Below are positions 25,106-37,802 of a DNA stretch of 64,000 bases, in pieces. The stretch lies in contig JBLDXI010000002.1 of NCBI GenBank assembly GCA_047495785.1, positions 1,550,001-1,614,000 of the forward strand, read 5' to 3'. Positions within the stretch are counted from its first letter, which is position 1. Every line of letters starts with the position of its first letter. The notes under the pieces were generated by a model. The model did no database searches and was not told the DNA's origin. It was given only the letters and a program-made list of their open reading frames with translations. This stretch comes from Lepidodermella squamata (taxonomy: Eukaryota > Animalia > Gastrotricha). Both the position numbers and the translations under genes were made by a program.

Positions 25106-25526
25106 TCACTAAAATCCCTAAAATAATTATTACAAAAATATTTTATCAATCATATTTTATTTTTTTTAAGACTTGATTTTTTTGTAGAAAAAAATGATAT
25201 AATTTTTTGCATCAAAATTGTATAGTGATGGGTTGAATTCAAGCAGTATAAACAAGCAGGCAACTTTGGATAGAAAATTCAGTCACTTCAAACAAGGCGT
25301 CTTATTCCGGAAGAGGAAAGAAACCAGAACCAAGGAAAAATTAAATAAATAAAATGAGAACCTATCGTGTTCATCTCGTCGTTGTTATCGCTGATTTTTA
25401 TATGAAAGAATCATTTTTTTTCGTTCAACAAAAATTTGAGTAGTTATTTGCTTCCCGTTCAACGTGAAGATATGATAGAACCGAGATTTATTTTGATATT
25501 TGATACTGATTCAGCAGCAGCAGCAG

Positions 25527-28500
25527 TTACGACCTGAATATTGACGCAATTCGAGCGGTTAAAAACGCGAGTAGTGGATACAACCCAACAACGCCGATAA
25601 CAAAACCGATAACGAAAAGGGCGGCAATGTTATTCTTACTATGAAAATCGATAAAATTCACAAAATTCGCGTAGAAATTACTCGGACCACCCGATAACGA
25701 TTCGCCCAATTCGCTGGAACCGAAAAAGGAATTATACGTTTGATTAAGGTGGATATAGCCGCGGTATAAGGCGCAAGACCAATAACCCTCGGGCAAGCTT
25801 TTCAATTTACCCTCCAAACTCAAATAACCGTCCTCGTCGAATTCCGATGAGTCATGTTTCTCTTCAACTGTCATGCATGCGTCCATTAGGAAAATAGCTA
25901 CGTCAATCGGGTTCATACTAGCTAGCGACTGTGCCAGTGCTGAATCACCCGAAATTATGAGTTTATAGAACAAATCTACCGAAATTCGGTAGCCCTTTTC
26001 AGCAGCAAGCCACGCCAGGCCGAAATAGCCCTCATCCGCGCCTGCTAATAGCGAATCTGCGTATAAAGCAGCTGCCTCATCGAAATTTCCGTCATCAACC
26101 GCGTCATTGGCTAGCCACAAAATAGCGTGAGATGGGCTACTTGTGACTGAGTAGAACGGGCGGGTGATTGATGCGTTATACATGGCCCTTGAACACTTTT
26201 TCGCGTCGTTTACATCGCGTAAAAACCCGGTATTTATCAATTTCGCGGACTCGGTTTCGCATAAATAGCCCAGGTTGAATATTGCGACGTCATTCCCAGT
26301 TTCAGCAGCTATTGCGTAGTGGAGGAAAGCCTTCCGAAAATCTCCGGCTAGATAGCTGGATAAAGCAGCTCGTAAGGGCTTCCCGAGCCTGGGTGACTGG
26401 CTAGCGACTGAAGTTGCATATCGACAAGCTTCAACCGCACTTGGCTGCAGATCGATTGAATCGATGCCTTTTGCGAGAAATTCCGAGGCCATTAATGCAC
26501 CTTCCAGTGAGCCGAGACCGGCGGCTTTGACGAAATAGCCGTATGCTAGCCCTGGGTGTCTACCAGTGTTGAACGGGTGCATATTATTCAACAACAGATA
26601 ACCTATAAAAATTAAATTAAATCACAACTTCAGCGACTTGGTAATGACAGTTACAAACCAATATTGTGAGCAGCTTCGGGTACTCCCAATTCCGCGGCTT
26701 TTTCCAAATAGGGAACGGCCTTAGCTGAAAAAATTGAACAGAAATTAATAATTGGAAAATTTTCTGGTAATGCGGGAAAATTGTGAACATTTTAATCTAT
26801 AAGGCAATCAATTTTTGGGATTGAAAAACTCAGCTTTACAATTCTCGAAATTTCACAATTTTTGACATTTAAACATCGAGAATCAAGTTTTTTTTCCAAA
26901 TTTACTTCAAACAATTCCTATTACCACTTACTCAAATTTCCGTCTTCTTCCATGTAGTACCACCCAATCGCACCATAGGCCGGTCCGTAATCTTGAGCAG
27001 CAGCTTTTTCCAAATACTCTAGAGCCAGCGTTCGATTCACATCAACACCTCGCCCGTGCAGCAACACCACCGCGTAATCATACAAAATTTCAGGATCCGC
27101 CTCGATATCCGCAGCCTGGCGGAACAAATCTGCCGCCCGCTCCATGTCCCGATCAACACCCTGAGCACCCAGGTAGAACAGCCTAGCGACATCATGCATC
27201 GCTAGCCCGTCTCCCATGCCGGCCTGGTATAGCAACCAAGCCATTATAGGACCTTCGTCGTTATTTTGATGCGTTTCCAACTCCTCCTGATTGTTAAGGT
27301 GGATCGAATCAACCCAACGGTCATTGCTAGAATGTTGCTGGGTGGCCTGTTGCGAAATTTCAGCAGCAGCCTTAAGATAGCGATACGCGACCTCGAAGTC
27401 ATGATTCGATTTCAACAACAAATTTCCGAGGGCTAAATCCGAAAAATGATCGCCAAACATTGCTGATTTGAGGTAGTGGACCACATAATTTTCGGGATCC
27501 TTCACAATTTTATAACGCCTGAGAACACCTAGCAGAAATTCGGCCTCTTTCGACCCTAAACAACCGGCAGTTGACAGCTCTTCGAAAACTTCTTTAGAAT
27601 TTTTCAACTCCAATTTTTCAAGGATTTCGTCATAACTCGAGTTTTTCAGTAATTTCTCAGATTTTTTAAGCAATAGATCACTCGACGGACTTGACGTCAA
27701 TTGATTTTTGATCGAGTCACAATTTTTCAATCTTACAGCCAGCTGCTGTCCAAGGTCCGATAAACCAATGCTGGCTTGATCAATTTCAATTAAATATCTG
27801 CTTCGGTGTACTTTGACCCGGTCGATATAGCCGGAAAATGACTTGAAATACTCAGAACCGCCAAAATTGAGGTACGTAGCCGGCCAATTCAACGAATTCA
27901 ATCTGACTTGTTGATCGAACTGATTTTCAACGGTTAGTATTTCGGGATTGGAGACTGGTTTCAACGGGTCCCAACTTGTCAGAATTACTCGGTATATGTT
28001 CGATGCGACTGATAATACGATTTTATGGGCTAAACCTGTTTTCAATTTCAAGCCAGTCGGGTAAGAATATAGCCCACTGGGATCTTCAAAATCAACAACT
28101 TGGACTATTAGTTCATTCGTGTATCTTCTGATGAATAATTGAGGGGTATCTTCTTCATCCCCGCTATTTTCCGGCCTCACAGCGTGGAAAATCGAGCAAA
28201 AATCAATGTTGGAACTCAAAGGCAAGCAATTATCATGTAGATACAGCGTTAGCTCCACGGAAACCTGTGGGTGCTTATCGAGAATCGAATTCAGATCATG
28301 ATTCGTGAAATTTGCGAATGTGATAGTAACTCCGATGGATCCACCGTTCTGAAAAACGGCTGGAAAACTTATGACTTCGAACACTTCTTGCTCCCGGACA
28401 CATTCAAATGAAGGCGGGTATTGAGGTGGATATGACGATCTTCGCGGTCTTGTCTCAGGGCGAGGAAAATCGAAATTCACGTAAGCTTGAACTGCTGAAT

Positions 28501-28958
28501 CTGCGTATCCGGTTAGATGGGTGTCTGCAAGCCAAGCTTAAAAAAATTGAAAAATTAATTTCGAAAAATATTTAACTAAAATTGAATAATTTACCATAAG
28601 CGACCGCATATTCGATGTAAATGACCTTTTCCACAGGATAGTAAGCTAAATCAAGATCCGTGACCAGAATACTTATCACAATCGAATCATCATGGACATC
28701 CGAGCAATTCACATTGCTGTAATATTCGTATTGCTCTTCGTCATCGAACGAAAAAAGCTGAAGGGCGGTGTAAATTCCGTAGAAAATATCGCGAGGGCAG
28801 GTTACATTGCCAAGATGAACATCAACGGTCGGTAGACGGGTCAAATCCACCTTATCAATATAGAGCTCTGGTAAAAACGGCGACCCCTCATCGTTGCATT
28901 GTGCAATTGAGTAGAAATTCAGGTAAAATACGATTAAAATTGGTAAAATTCCATTCAT
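25527..28958 (-). CDS. SEL1L3-like Sel1-repeat type I membrane protein, 4 exons
   Basis: Signal peptide, LamG-like beta region (FGGSEYFKSFSGYIDRV), Sel1 repeats (LFYLGAQGVDRDMERAADLFRQAA), small exon near 26661-26724, C-terminal TM. Confidence 0.8.
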
Positions 28959-29057
28959 TTAATAAAAATCTAAGAAACAAACAACTTGATTAGCGCTTGT
29001 AATTTTTACTCCCCTAGAATATTCAGCAGAAAAAATAGAGAGAAAAATATAGACTAT

Positions 29058-30716
29058 TTAGCCACCCTTTTTGTTATCCGGGTATTCGAAAACGACGTTG
29101 AGCCGAGTTTCCTCCTTAAGATCGGCCGAGCTCGGGTAAACAACTTTCAACTGGCCCTTCGCATCGTGGATTCGCACCTGTTCAAGGACCAGTTCGTACG
29201 GAGCTCCGTTTTCAGGCGGTGGGTTCGTCGACAAATTGACTAGCTCATTAATCAAGGCAGCCATGACTCGCTTGCTGATATCAGTAGATTTCGACGTGAC
29301 TTCGAGCAGAACGTCACGGGTATCCGCAAGGCATTTTGTTTTCAGGGCGTTAGTAATTGGTGGGAATGAAATCACAGTTCCTTGGGCATCAACGATACAA
29401 GCGTAATTTTGCTGGCCTTTGACCATGCTGAGGTACTTGTGGAGACCCGTGAATGCATTTCGCTTCTTTGCCCTGCGAATTTCCTCAGCCTCCGCGACTA
29501 GATTATCAACCAACTCTCGAGCAGTGATTGGTTTTGAACCAAAAAGCGGCGTTATCTCCATTTTAGTCGCTTGACGACTTTCGTAAGTCAACGGGAAGAA
29601 GCAAGTGTTCAAATCATGGACTGCAATAGTGGCAGCTTGGCGCTTGTCGCAAACACTGTCATGCAAGTTGTTTTGAAGAGAAATAAAACGTTTGAACGTA
29701 TTGGTCGTTCGCTTCAAATCCAAGTTACGAACAATGCAGGCGATAATCGCAGGCCTGATGGCTAAAACATTCTCCTTTTGGTCAATTACAGCCTTGATTC
29801 CAGCGTCAAAATGGATAATTTTCACATCAATTTTGCCATCACTTTGAGGTTGCTGGTTGTCCTCAGCTTGACCCTCTGAGCCTTCAGATTTCTCAGCTCC
29901 GTTCCCATCTTCGTTCTCTTTCGCCGACTCGAGCTGTGCCTTGCGCTGCTGTTGCTGTTGTTTAGCTTGAGCCTTCCGATTTTCCTCATCTTTCGCGTAT
30001 TGCTGGGTTAAGTAATCAGTTACGTGCTTCGTATGCAATTGATCAACCAACTTTTGCAATCGCCTATCAGCGAGCTTGTTGCCCTTCAATTGGAGATCCT
30101 TCATTTTCAAGCAAAGGCTGAGCTCGCTCGGGACAATTTTAACCTTATTGTTAGAAAGATCAAGGTTCTTCAACGCCTTCAGGACGTCGATTTTGGCAGG
30201 AATGTCACCAATTTCGTTATCCGGAAACAGCAGTGTGTGTAAATGAACTAGCTTGTCCGAAATTAAACTCGGAGGAAACTCAGTAAGGCAATTATTTCCA
30301 GCGATTACTACGTGCAGATTAGACAGACCTGACAGATCAGGGAGACAAGTGAGCTTGTTAGACGAGACGTTCAAAGTATCCAGGTTGGCTAGCTTATCCA
30401 GTGGAGGGAGAGTTTCCAATTGATTGAAAGAAAGATCCAAAACCGACAACTTGGACAAGTTGTTCACAGATTCTGGAATTGAGGCTAGCAAATTATTATG
30501 CAGTAGAAGAGACGTAAGACTGTTCATTTCGCCAATTTTCGGTGATATCTCAGTTAATTTGCATTTGGTGATCTCCAACAAATTGATCAAACGCAGTGCA
30601 TAAATTCGCTCGTCCAAGCCACTAGCCTCCAATCTCTGCAAAACATCAGCTTCCGAACCCGAGAGAACAAGCTCTTTACGGCGTTCTTTAATTACTGTTG
30701 TAACTTCAGGCCACAT
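29058..30716 (-). CDS. LRRC47: LRRC47: LRR domain plus B3/B4 PheRS-like domain
   Basis: LRRs followed by FISLQNNLHDSVCDKRQAATIAVHDL and VISFPPITN. Start is probably MWPEV (30716), just after an acceptor; the ORF-track ATG at 30764 is the alternative. Confidence 0.92.
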   Translation of the reverse strand: MWPEVTTVIKERRKELVLSGSEADVLQRLEASGLDERIYALRLINLLEITKCKLTEISPKIGEMNSLTSLLLHNNLLASIPESVNNLSKLSVLDLSFNQLETLPPLDKLANLDTLNVSSNKLTCLPDLSGLSNLHVVIAGNNCLTEFPPSLISDKLVHLHTLLFPDNEIGDIPAKIDVLKALKNLDLSNNKVKIVPSELSLCLKMKDLQLKGNKLADRRLQKLVDQLHTKHVTDYLTQQYAKDEENRKAQAKQQQQQRKAQLESAKENEDGNGAEKSEGSEGQAEDNQQPQSDGKIDVKIIHFDAGIKAVIDQKENVLAIRPAIIACIVRNLDLKRTTNTFKRFISLQNNLHDSVCDKRQAATIAVHDLNTCFFPLTYESRQATKMEITPLFGSKPITARELVDNLVAEAEEIRRAKKRNAFTGLHKYLSMVKGQQNYACIVDAQGTVISFPPITNALKTKCLADTRDVLLEVTSKSTDISKRVMAALINELVNLSTNPPPENGAPYELVLEQVRIHDAKGQLKVVYPSSADLKEETRLNVVFEYPDNKKGG

Positions 30717-31729
30717 TTGAGCCGCTGGTAGACAATAATATCTATCGAATAAAGCATAATTCATGACAGTTAAATCGCAGGCAACGCAAGCCGTCTTTTA
30801 TCGATGAAATGGAATACGAAAGCCAACAAACAGTTTCCTAAACAACGTCTGAGCGGGAAGCGGGAATAAGTAATTAGAATTCAGGGTGCGTAAGTATTTC
30901 GAGTTAAGCAGCTCTCTCCGCCGATTAAATTCTGAAAAGACAGAAGCGGATTCTTTGGAGCTAGCTTGCAATCGGTATAGTATTAGTCAAAAATCATAGA
31001 GGGACTAACGTTCGAAAAGTGGCTAGCCGACCGCCGAAATGGAGCATCCGGTCAAGCTACACCACTTGAACAATAATTATCGCTAGTTCTAGCGATTTCA
31101 ACTGCCTGAAATGACGCATTTGCAGCTGGAGCTTCACATATGCAGGTTACACAGCTGCTCACGTAAGCTCAGATTAGGTAAGTAGTTCATTCAGACCTGG
31201 TTTCAGGGGAAGTCAAGAAATAGCAGCTAGCAGCTGAGAGCCTTACAAAAAAGAAAGAAAGACGCAACTTCAGCGAAAAACTAACGCGCGCAAAACTTAT
31301 TCAAAATTTTATAAAAACTCAATATATCTTTTAAAATTATTTTCATTACATTGAAAATTTCTAGTAAAAATTTGTTTGAGAACTAGGGCAGCATCACGTG
31401 ATTTGACCAACTTTTTTCCCCCTTCTTCGCAGAAAGGGAAAGGAGATTTGAGCAAGAGGTAGTTAGTTTTGAGTGAGCAGAGACTAGGGAATTCACTGCT
31501 TCAGGCGTTGTATGGCATGTCACCGAACCGATGCCTCTAAAACTTTGAATTTTGACTCTTGGAATGAATATCCATGACAAGAGAAATGTGCTATAGTAGT
31601 ATTTTCTGGATCATTTGGTTTTCTAACTTGTCCTTACACAACCTTCACTTTTGCCGGTTTGCGGCATCCGGCATAAATATGATGTCAAATAAGTATACCA
31701 TATGTTTGTTCTAGGATTGGAAGCGCTAC

Positions 31730-34700
31730 ATGTTACGTGTAATACTGTTGGTGGCACTTTCTGCCACCTTGATAGATGGTCATACAGTAACCGTTTCTCT
31801 CCAGTCAAAATGGCTTTCCACGCCTACGATTGCGGAGGCTAGCGAATTTTTCGCCAGTGAATCATCATCCGCATTCTGGTCTTTTATCTCTATATTCCGG
31901 GATCACTTTGACGAGAAGAAAACAGACCAAGAGATTTACAAGTCTATTCTAACACTCGCGGAGAAGTTCTTCACGCCGCAGAAAGTAAATTTGCTCAAAT
32001 GGTCCCTAGCTCTCCGTGTACACTCGCCAACTGTGGCGATGTTTGAGAAAATTCCACATGAATTCAATCTTCTGTCCAGTGTTACGTGTGATAATGTTTT
32101 CGCTGACGTTCATGGGACCGTTGTTTGCACGAAGGAAAATCTTGACTCGGCGTTGAAGATGCTTTCGTCCTCCAAGCCAACATTGACCTTTCCTTTCGAT
32201 CACTTCAATCCCAACTGTGGTTCTGGAATTTATGGAGATGATGTCGAATACCCGACCGTCGTCCTCTATGGAGAAATCGGTACTCCCGAATTCTATGCAT
32301 GGCATGATCAATTGACTTCATTGTGTAACAAACTCGATACCAAGTTCCGTTACGTTTTCCGTCATTATCGACCAGCCAATTTGATCCAGAAGGGCAGCCC
32401 AATTCGTCTATCTGGTTACGGTGTTGAGCTTGTTATAAAGAATACTGAGTACAAAGCTAAGGATGACACTGAGATTCGCGCCAAAAATGAAACTGTTGAT
32501 GGGGTTTTATTGGAAGAAGACATGCAAGAAGTTCAAGGATTTTTATTTACCAAGTTGAAGTCCATCTACCCGAATCTCAGCTCGGAGATGGATCGTTTCA
32601 AGCAATATTTGCTTGACACTGAGTCGTCTGAAATGCACCAATTGAAGGCTTGGGAGTACCAAGATTTAAGTGTTCTTGCCGCTGGAGCTGTCGTTCAAGC
32701 CAAGCCTGGTGAAAACTTGCGAATTCTCACTGAAATCAGCTCAAATTTCCCGACTCAATTGAAGTGGCTGCTGCGTGAATCTGTCAACGCACAGCTTGTC
32801 AAAGAACTCACTCGAAACCAGAAAATTATGAGCGAATCCTATGGCCTCGGAGCTGGCGAGAACTCGCTCTACATCAACGGAATTCAATTCGACATTGATT
32901 CAAGCGACATTTTCCATATTCTGTCGACTTTGAATGCTGAATCTAGTCTGATGGATGGCTTGCATGCTATTCTGTCCGGGCGCCATGATCTCGTTGGTCA
33001 ATTCGTTAAAATGGATCTCGGCGACTCCTCAAAGCAGAAGTATTCACTTGATTTGCGCAACAGTGGTGAAGCCATTTTCTGGGCTAATAACCTTGAGAAA
33101 GACAAGGCTTACAAGGGGTGGCCACCAAGTGTTACTGACTTGCTTCAGCCAACTTTCCCTGGAATGTTACGTTACGTTCGCAAAAATTTATTCAACATTG
33201 TCGTTTTCGCTAATCCGGCCGACCCTGAATGCTGGGCGCTGATTAAGTTGGCTGAGGCTATGTTGGTGCACAACACCCCTGTCAGGTAATTTCGTTACTT
33301 GAAAATTATATCTTTTATTAAACTTTTGTTCGCTTTAGAATTGGTTTGGTAGCTGTTGCTAATAAGTCGGATGAAGTTTCTAATCTGTTTGTTCGGGGTT
33401 TCCAAGCTGTTGTGGCTGATTTAGATGGCTCATCTACCAGTGCTTTGAGCTTCTTGACCGATATTTACGAAACTGTTAAGGAGGACAACATTATAACACC
33501 CGAGATTATTTATGAGCAAATCCGTTCAACATCTGGCGATAGCGTTCTAGCCAAAGTCAAGGACGAGAATGACGCTGATTTAAAGAAAATCAATGATGCG
33601 ACTAATGACCTGTGGAAACGGTCGGGTTTCACGTCACTACCAGTCGTTACCATGAACGGCTACCCGATTTCGCAAGATTCGTTAGCCGAATCAGCGGAGG
33701 ATGCGATTTTGACTGAAGTCCTTCGAGCTACTCCCGACATTCAACGCGCAGTTTATCACCGCGAACTAGATGATCAAATGGACGCGTTTGAATACGTTTT
33801 CTCACGTCCGTCTGTTGTCCCGCGCCTTAGCTCCCGTTTCCTGGGCGGGCCGAAATCATACGTTGATTTTGTCACGAAATCCATCACGGAAAGCGATGCG
33901 GCTGATATCGTTCAAAAATTGGTGAAAACCACTAATTACATCACGAAAAAAGAGGATAAAATGCCGAAAGCTGTCACGATGTGGCTGGTTTGCGACCCGG
34001 AAACACCAACCGGTCGCCAGTCCGTTAAGGCGGCTTTGTCACAATTTTCTAATTCTGCCGATTCTCGCCTCGGTTTCATTTTCTCGACAAAATCAGAGCC
34101 GAAATTCGCAACGAAAGTGTTGATGACGGCCTCAAAGCCTGAATTTACTAAAGCTGGAGCGAAAACTCTATCTCAACTTCTTGGAAAATTGCTTAAGGAG
34201 GAAGATATCGAAAACTTCGATTCGGGTAAAAAGCAACTGCCTAGTATCGAAATTCCGGGTATTGAAATCTCGAAATTTTACGCCGAATTGAAAAAGCTGG
34301 AAAAGCCCGCGGAGACCGAGCTATTCAAGCTTCATTCCACTTTTACGAAGCAAGTTTTGCACTTTGAAGCAGGCGATCAGACACTAATTGTCAACGGTAA
34401 GGTCTACTCGATCCTCACCCAGGGCGAAACTTTCGAGAAAGACGATTTTTACCTGGTTGAACGAATGACTCGAATGTTAGTTGCGGAGAAAATTGTTTTC
34501 AAACTGCAAAACGCGTTTGGAAATGCGAACCCGGGTAAAGTCAGCGATCTGGCGATGATGGTCGATTCCGTCCTGTCAGAACGCGCGTCCCGCACTGCCT
34601 CTGGTACCTTGTTCAGCGGATCATCGAAAAAACGAACTGATGTCGTTATTCCCGAGTCAAAACACGCTGGTTTGGATATTAAACCAGAAAAGCCCGATGA

Positions 34701-37065
34701 AAGCGCTTTTGACGTGATTGCAATCATCGACCCGGCCACTCGCGAGGCGGGTAAATTAGCCAAATTTATTAACACTATGTACCATGCGACCAATTCGTGG
34801 GTTCGTGTCTACTTCAATTGCAAGCAAAAGTTGTCGGAATTGCCGGTTAAATCGTTTTATCGCTATGTTATCGACGATGAGTTGCGTTTCACTGAATCAG
34901 GCGCGTTGACCCAGGGTCCTATTGCCCATTTCCCGACATTACCACAGAAGCCGCTGTTGACCACCCACGTCCATCCACCTGAATCGTGGCTGGTTGAAAG
35001 CGTTGTTTCGCAGTTTGATCTTGATAATATCTGTTTGGATGAGTTCAATACGAATGTGAATGCAGTGTTCGAGCTTGAGTACCTGTTAGTCGAGGGTCAT
35101 TGCTTCGATCAAAAGTCTGGCCAGCCGCCGCGTGGTTTACAATTCACCATTGGTACCCCGCGCCAACCCATCATGTACGACACTATTGTTATGGCCAATC
35201 TCGGTTCGTTTTAATTTTTCATTATTTTTACCAGCTTAAAATTTGATAATTACTGAAATTATTTTATTACACATTAAACCGCTCAATACTCCTTATTTAG
35301 GTTATGCTGGCGGGATAAAATAAGACTGCGTATTCGGAAATGTTGGTTTCCGTTGTAGTTTTTTTTCCGACATATAGGCTCATTGTTTAGTAATGCCCTA
35401 CGCATCACATGCGAATATAGCACACACAGTTGTATGCGAAATATCGATTTTTTTCTACTGTTCTGATGCTAGTTTCATCTGGTCAACTAAGCGATTAGGG
35501 AAGATCGATTTGCCAACCGGTTTAATAGAATCGTTTCTACGGTATATTTTCATTACGAACCGGTTGAAATTTGCAACTTGGGCAAGGATCAATGTAATGT
35601 TTATATTTTCTATTCTTCCGCTGTATAACATTAATTGAGCCAATATGAATTTTTTTCAATTTATTACTCAAAATTAATTGTTTGTCGAATTGTCGCTTTT
35701 TTACCATAAATTGCCACAAATATTTATTTTGAATTTTCAATGTTTTTTACAGGTTATTTCCAGCTCAAAGCAAATCCTGGAATTTGGCTATTGGCCCTTC
35801 GTGAAGGTCGCAGCTCAGATCTTTACACCATCAAAAGCCAACAATTTGCCGATTCTCCGGCTAACAGTCAACAGTACGAAACAATCGTCGTTGCTGTTAA
35901 CAGTTTCAAGTCGAAAATCATCAAAATTTCAGTGGCGAAAAAGCCTGGTCTTGAAAAGGAAGAACTGCTCGAAGGCGGAGATGCGAATGAAAACGACCGC
36001 GAAAAGAGCCGCGATTTCCTCGGCAACATGTGGTCCTCGATTTCGGCCTCCCTCGGCTCAGATTCGAAGACCGACACGCAGAAAGCAGCTGCTGTTGGTT
36101 CGGCCAATCAACAAGACGAAGTTCTGAACGTTTTCTCAGTCGTAACCGGGCATTTGTACGAACGTCTGATGCGAATTATGATGGTTTCAGTGATGAAACA
36201 CGCGAAAGGCCCGGTTAAGTTTTGGCTGTTGAAGAACTATCTATCGCCAACGTTCAAAAACTTCATCCCTCATCTGGCGAAACATTACGGTTTTCAATAC
36301 GAATTGGTGCAGTACAAATGGCCGCGCTGGTTGATCTCACAAACCGATAAACAACGCATTATTTGGGGCTATAAAATTCTGTTTTTGGACGTACTTTTCC
36401 CGTTGAATGTCTCGAAAATCATTTTCGTCGACGCGGATCAAGTCGTTAGAACTGACCTAGCCGAGCTGAGGGATCTAGACCTGGACGGCGCGCCCTATGG
36501 CTATACCCCTTTCTGCGATAGCCGTAAAGAGATGGACGGTTTCCGTTTCTGGAAACAGGGTTATTGGAAGAACCATTTAGCTGGCCGGCCTTATCACATT
36601 TCCGCGTTGTATGTCGTTGATTTGAAGCGTTTCCGTAAATTGGCGGCGGGTGATAGGTTGCGTGGCCAGTACCAGGCGTTGGCTCAAGATCCGAACTCGT
36701 TATCAAATTTAGATCAAGATTTGCCGAATAATATGATTCATCAAGTTGCGATTAAATCGCTGCCCCAAAATTGGTTGTATTGCGATACGTGGTGTGCCAG
36801 TGAAGATCTGTCAAAGGCGAAAACCATCGATTTATGCAACAATCCTCAGACGAAAGAGCCAAAATTAGCGGCTGCGAAACGCCTAATCCCTGAGTGGGAA
36901 ACTTATGACAACGAGATCCGAACTCTTTGGAATAAGGTTTATGGTGATCAGAACATGGAAGCCGCCTCGATGGGTACTGGTGTTGATGGCAAATCGTCAA
37001 CAACAACAGCAGCTCCGAAAACCACGAAATCAGATGGCCATGGTCATGATCATGGCGATCTTTAA
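31730..37065 (+). CDS. UGGT1: UDP-glucose:glycoprotein glucosyltransferase
   Basis: Signal peptide, LSGYGVELVIKNTEYKAKDD, DTIVMANLG|YFQLKANPG, GT24 domain with FVDADQVVRTDL and DQDLPN, ending HGDL. Introns near 33286-33338 and 35204-35752. Confidence 0.97.
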
Positions 37066-37802
37066 CTGTAAAAAATATCTCCAATTTATTGGAATATTTT
37101 GATTATTTAATGTCGAAGGTGTAAAAAAAATGTCGAAAACCTATCATTGCAATTTGGTCTTTCCTCGTTTCTCTCTCTTTTTCTGGCTGATGACTTTTGG
37201 AACTGAATTTAAACTGCTTTATAAAAGCCAAAGATTTGGCTCAAGTGAGTTGAATTATCTTATTCGATATATTAAAAAAAACAGGTAAACATTTTAGCCC
37301 TAGAAATGTGTATAAGCTATCATTTTTTTTGTTCGGTGATGAATCATTGTATCCGTATAATGCATAGAATCGCATCTACTCAAGCTTGCCGTTGTGAAAA
37401 AAATTCCTATATATCGCATTAAGGTCAACTGTGTTATGAAAAAATCTTGCTGTGAAAAAGCTGTAATTTTATCTCGTTTTTTTTCTTCTTGCTCGAAAAA
37501 CTGCCGATGTGAAAAAGAAGTGCAAAGTTTGAAGTTATGAGAGCTATGTGCATTATTAGACCTTCTCTTTGTGCTTTGTTTTGGTTCCAAAGTAAAACAA
37601 ATGTCATCGTTGGAGCCGAAATATTTAATGTTTTTATGTTTTTTTAGGATTTTTAGTTTCAAATTATTATTGGAGATCCTGTACTGCCCAATTCGATATT
37701 TGTTGTTTGATGGGTGTAGCTGATACGCTAGTCTCGCCGGCCTCGTAGTTTTGTCGCCGCGATATATCTATGATCTAGCCGTGATTGGTCATGTGATGTT
37801 CA

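Noticed and set aside
31160-31230. AG|GTAAGT donor as a possible SL RNA gene
   Set aside because: No Sm site nearby; more simply a UGGT 5' UTR intron donor pairing with the acceptor near 31714.
31390-31410. TCACGTGA upstream of UGGT as an ER-stress element
   Set aside because: It is a generic E-box and does not match the ERSE or UPRE consensus.
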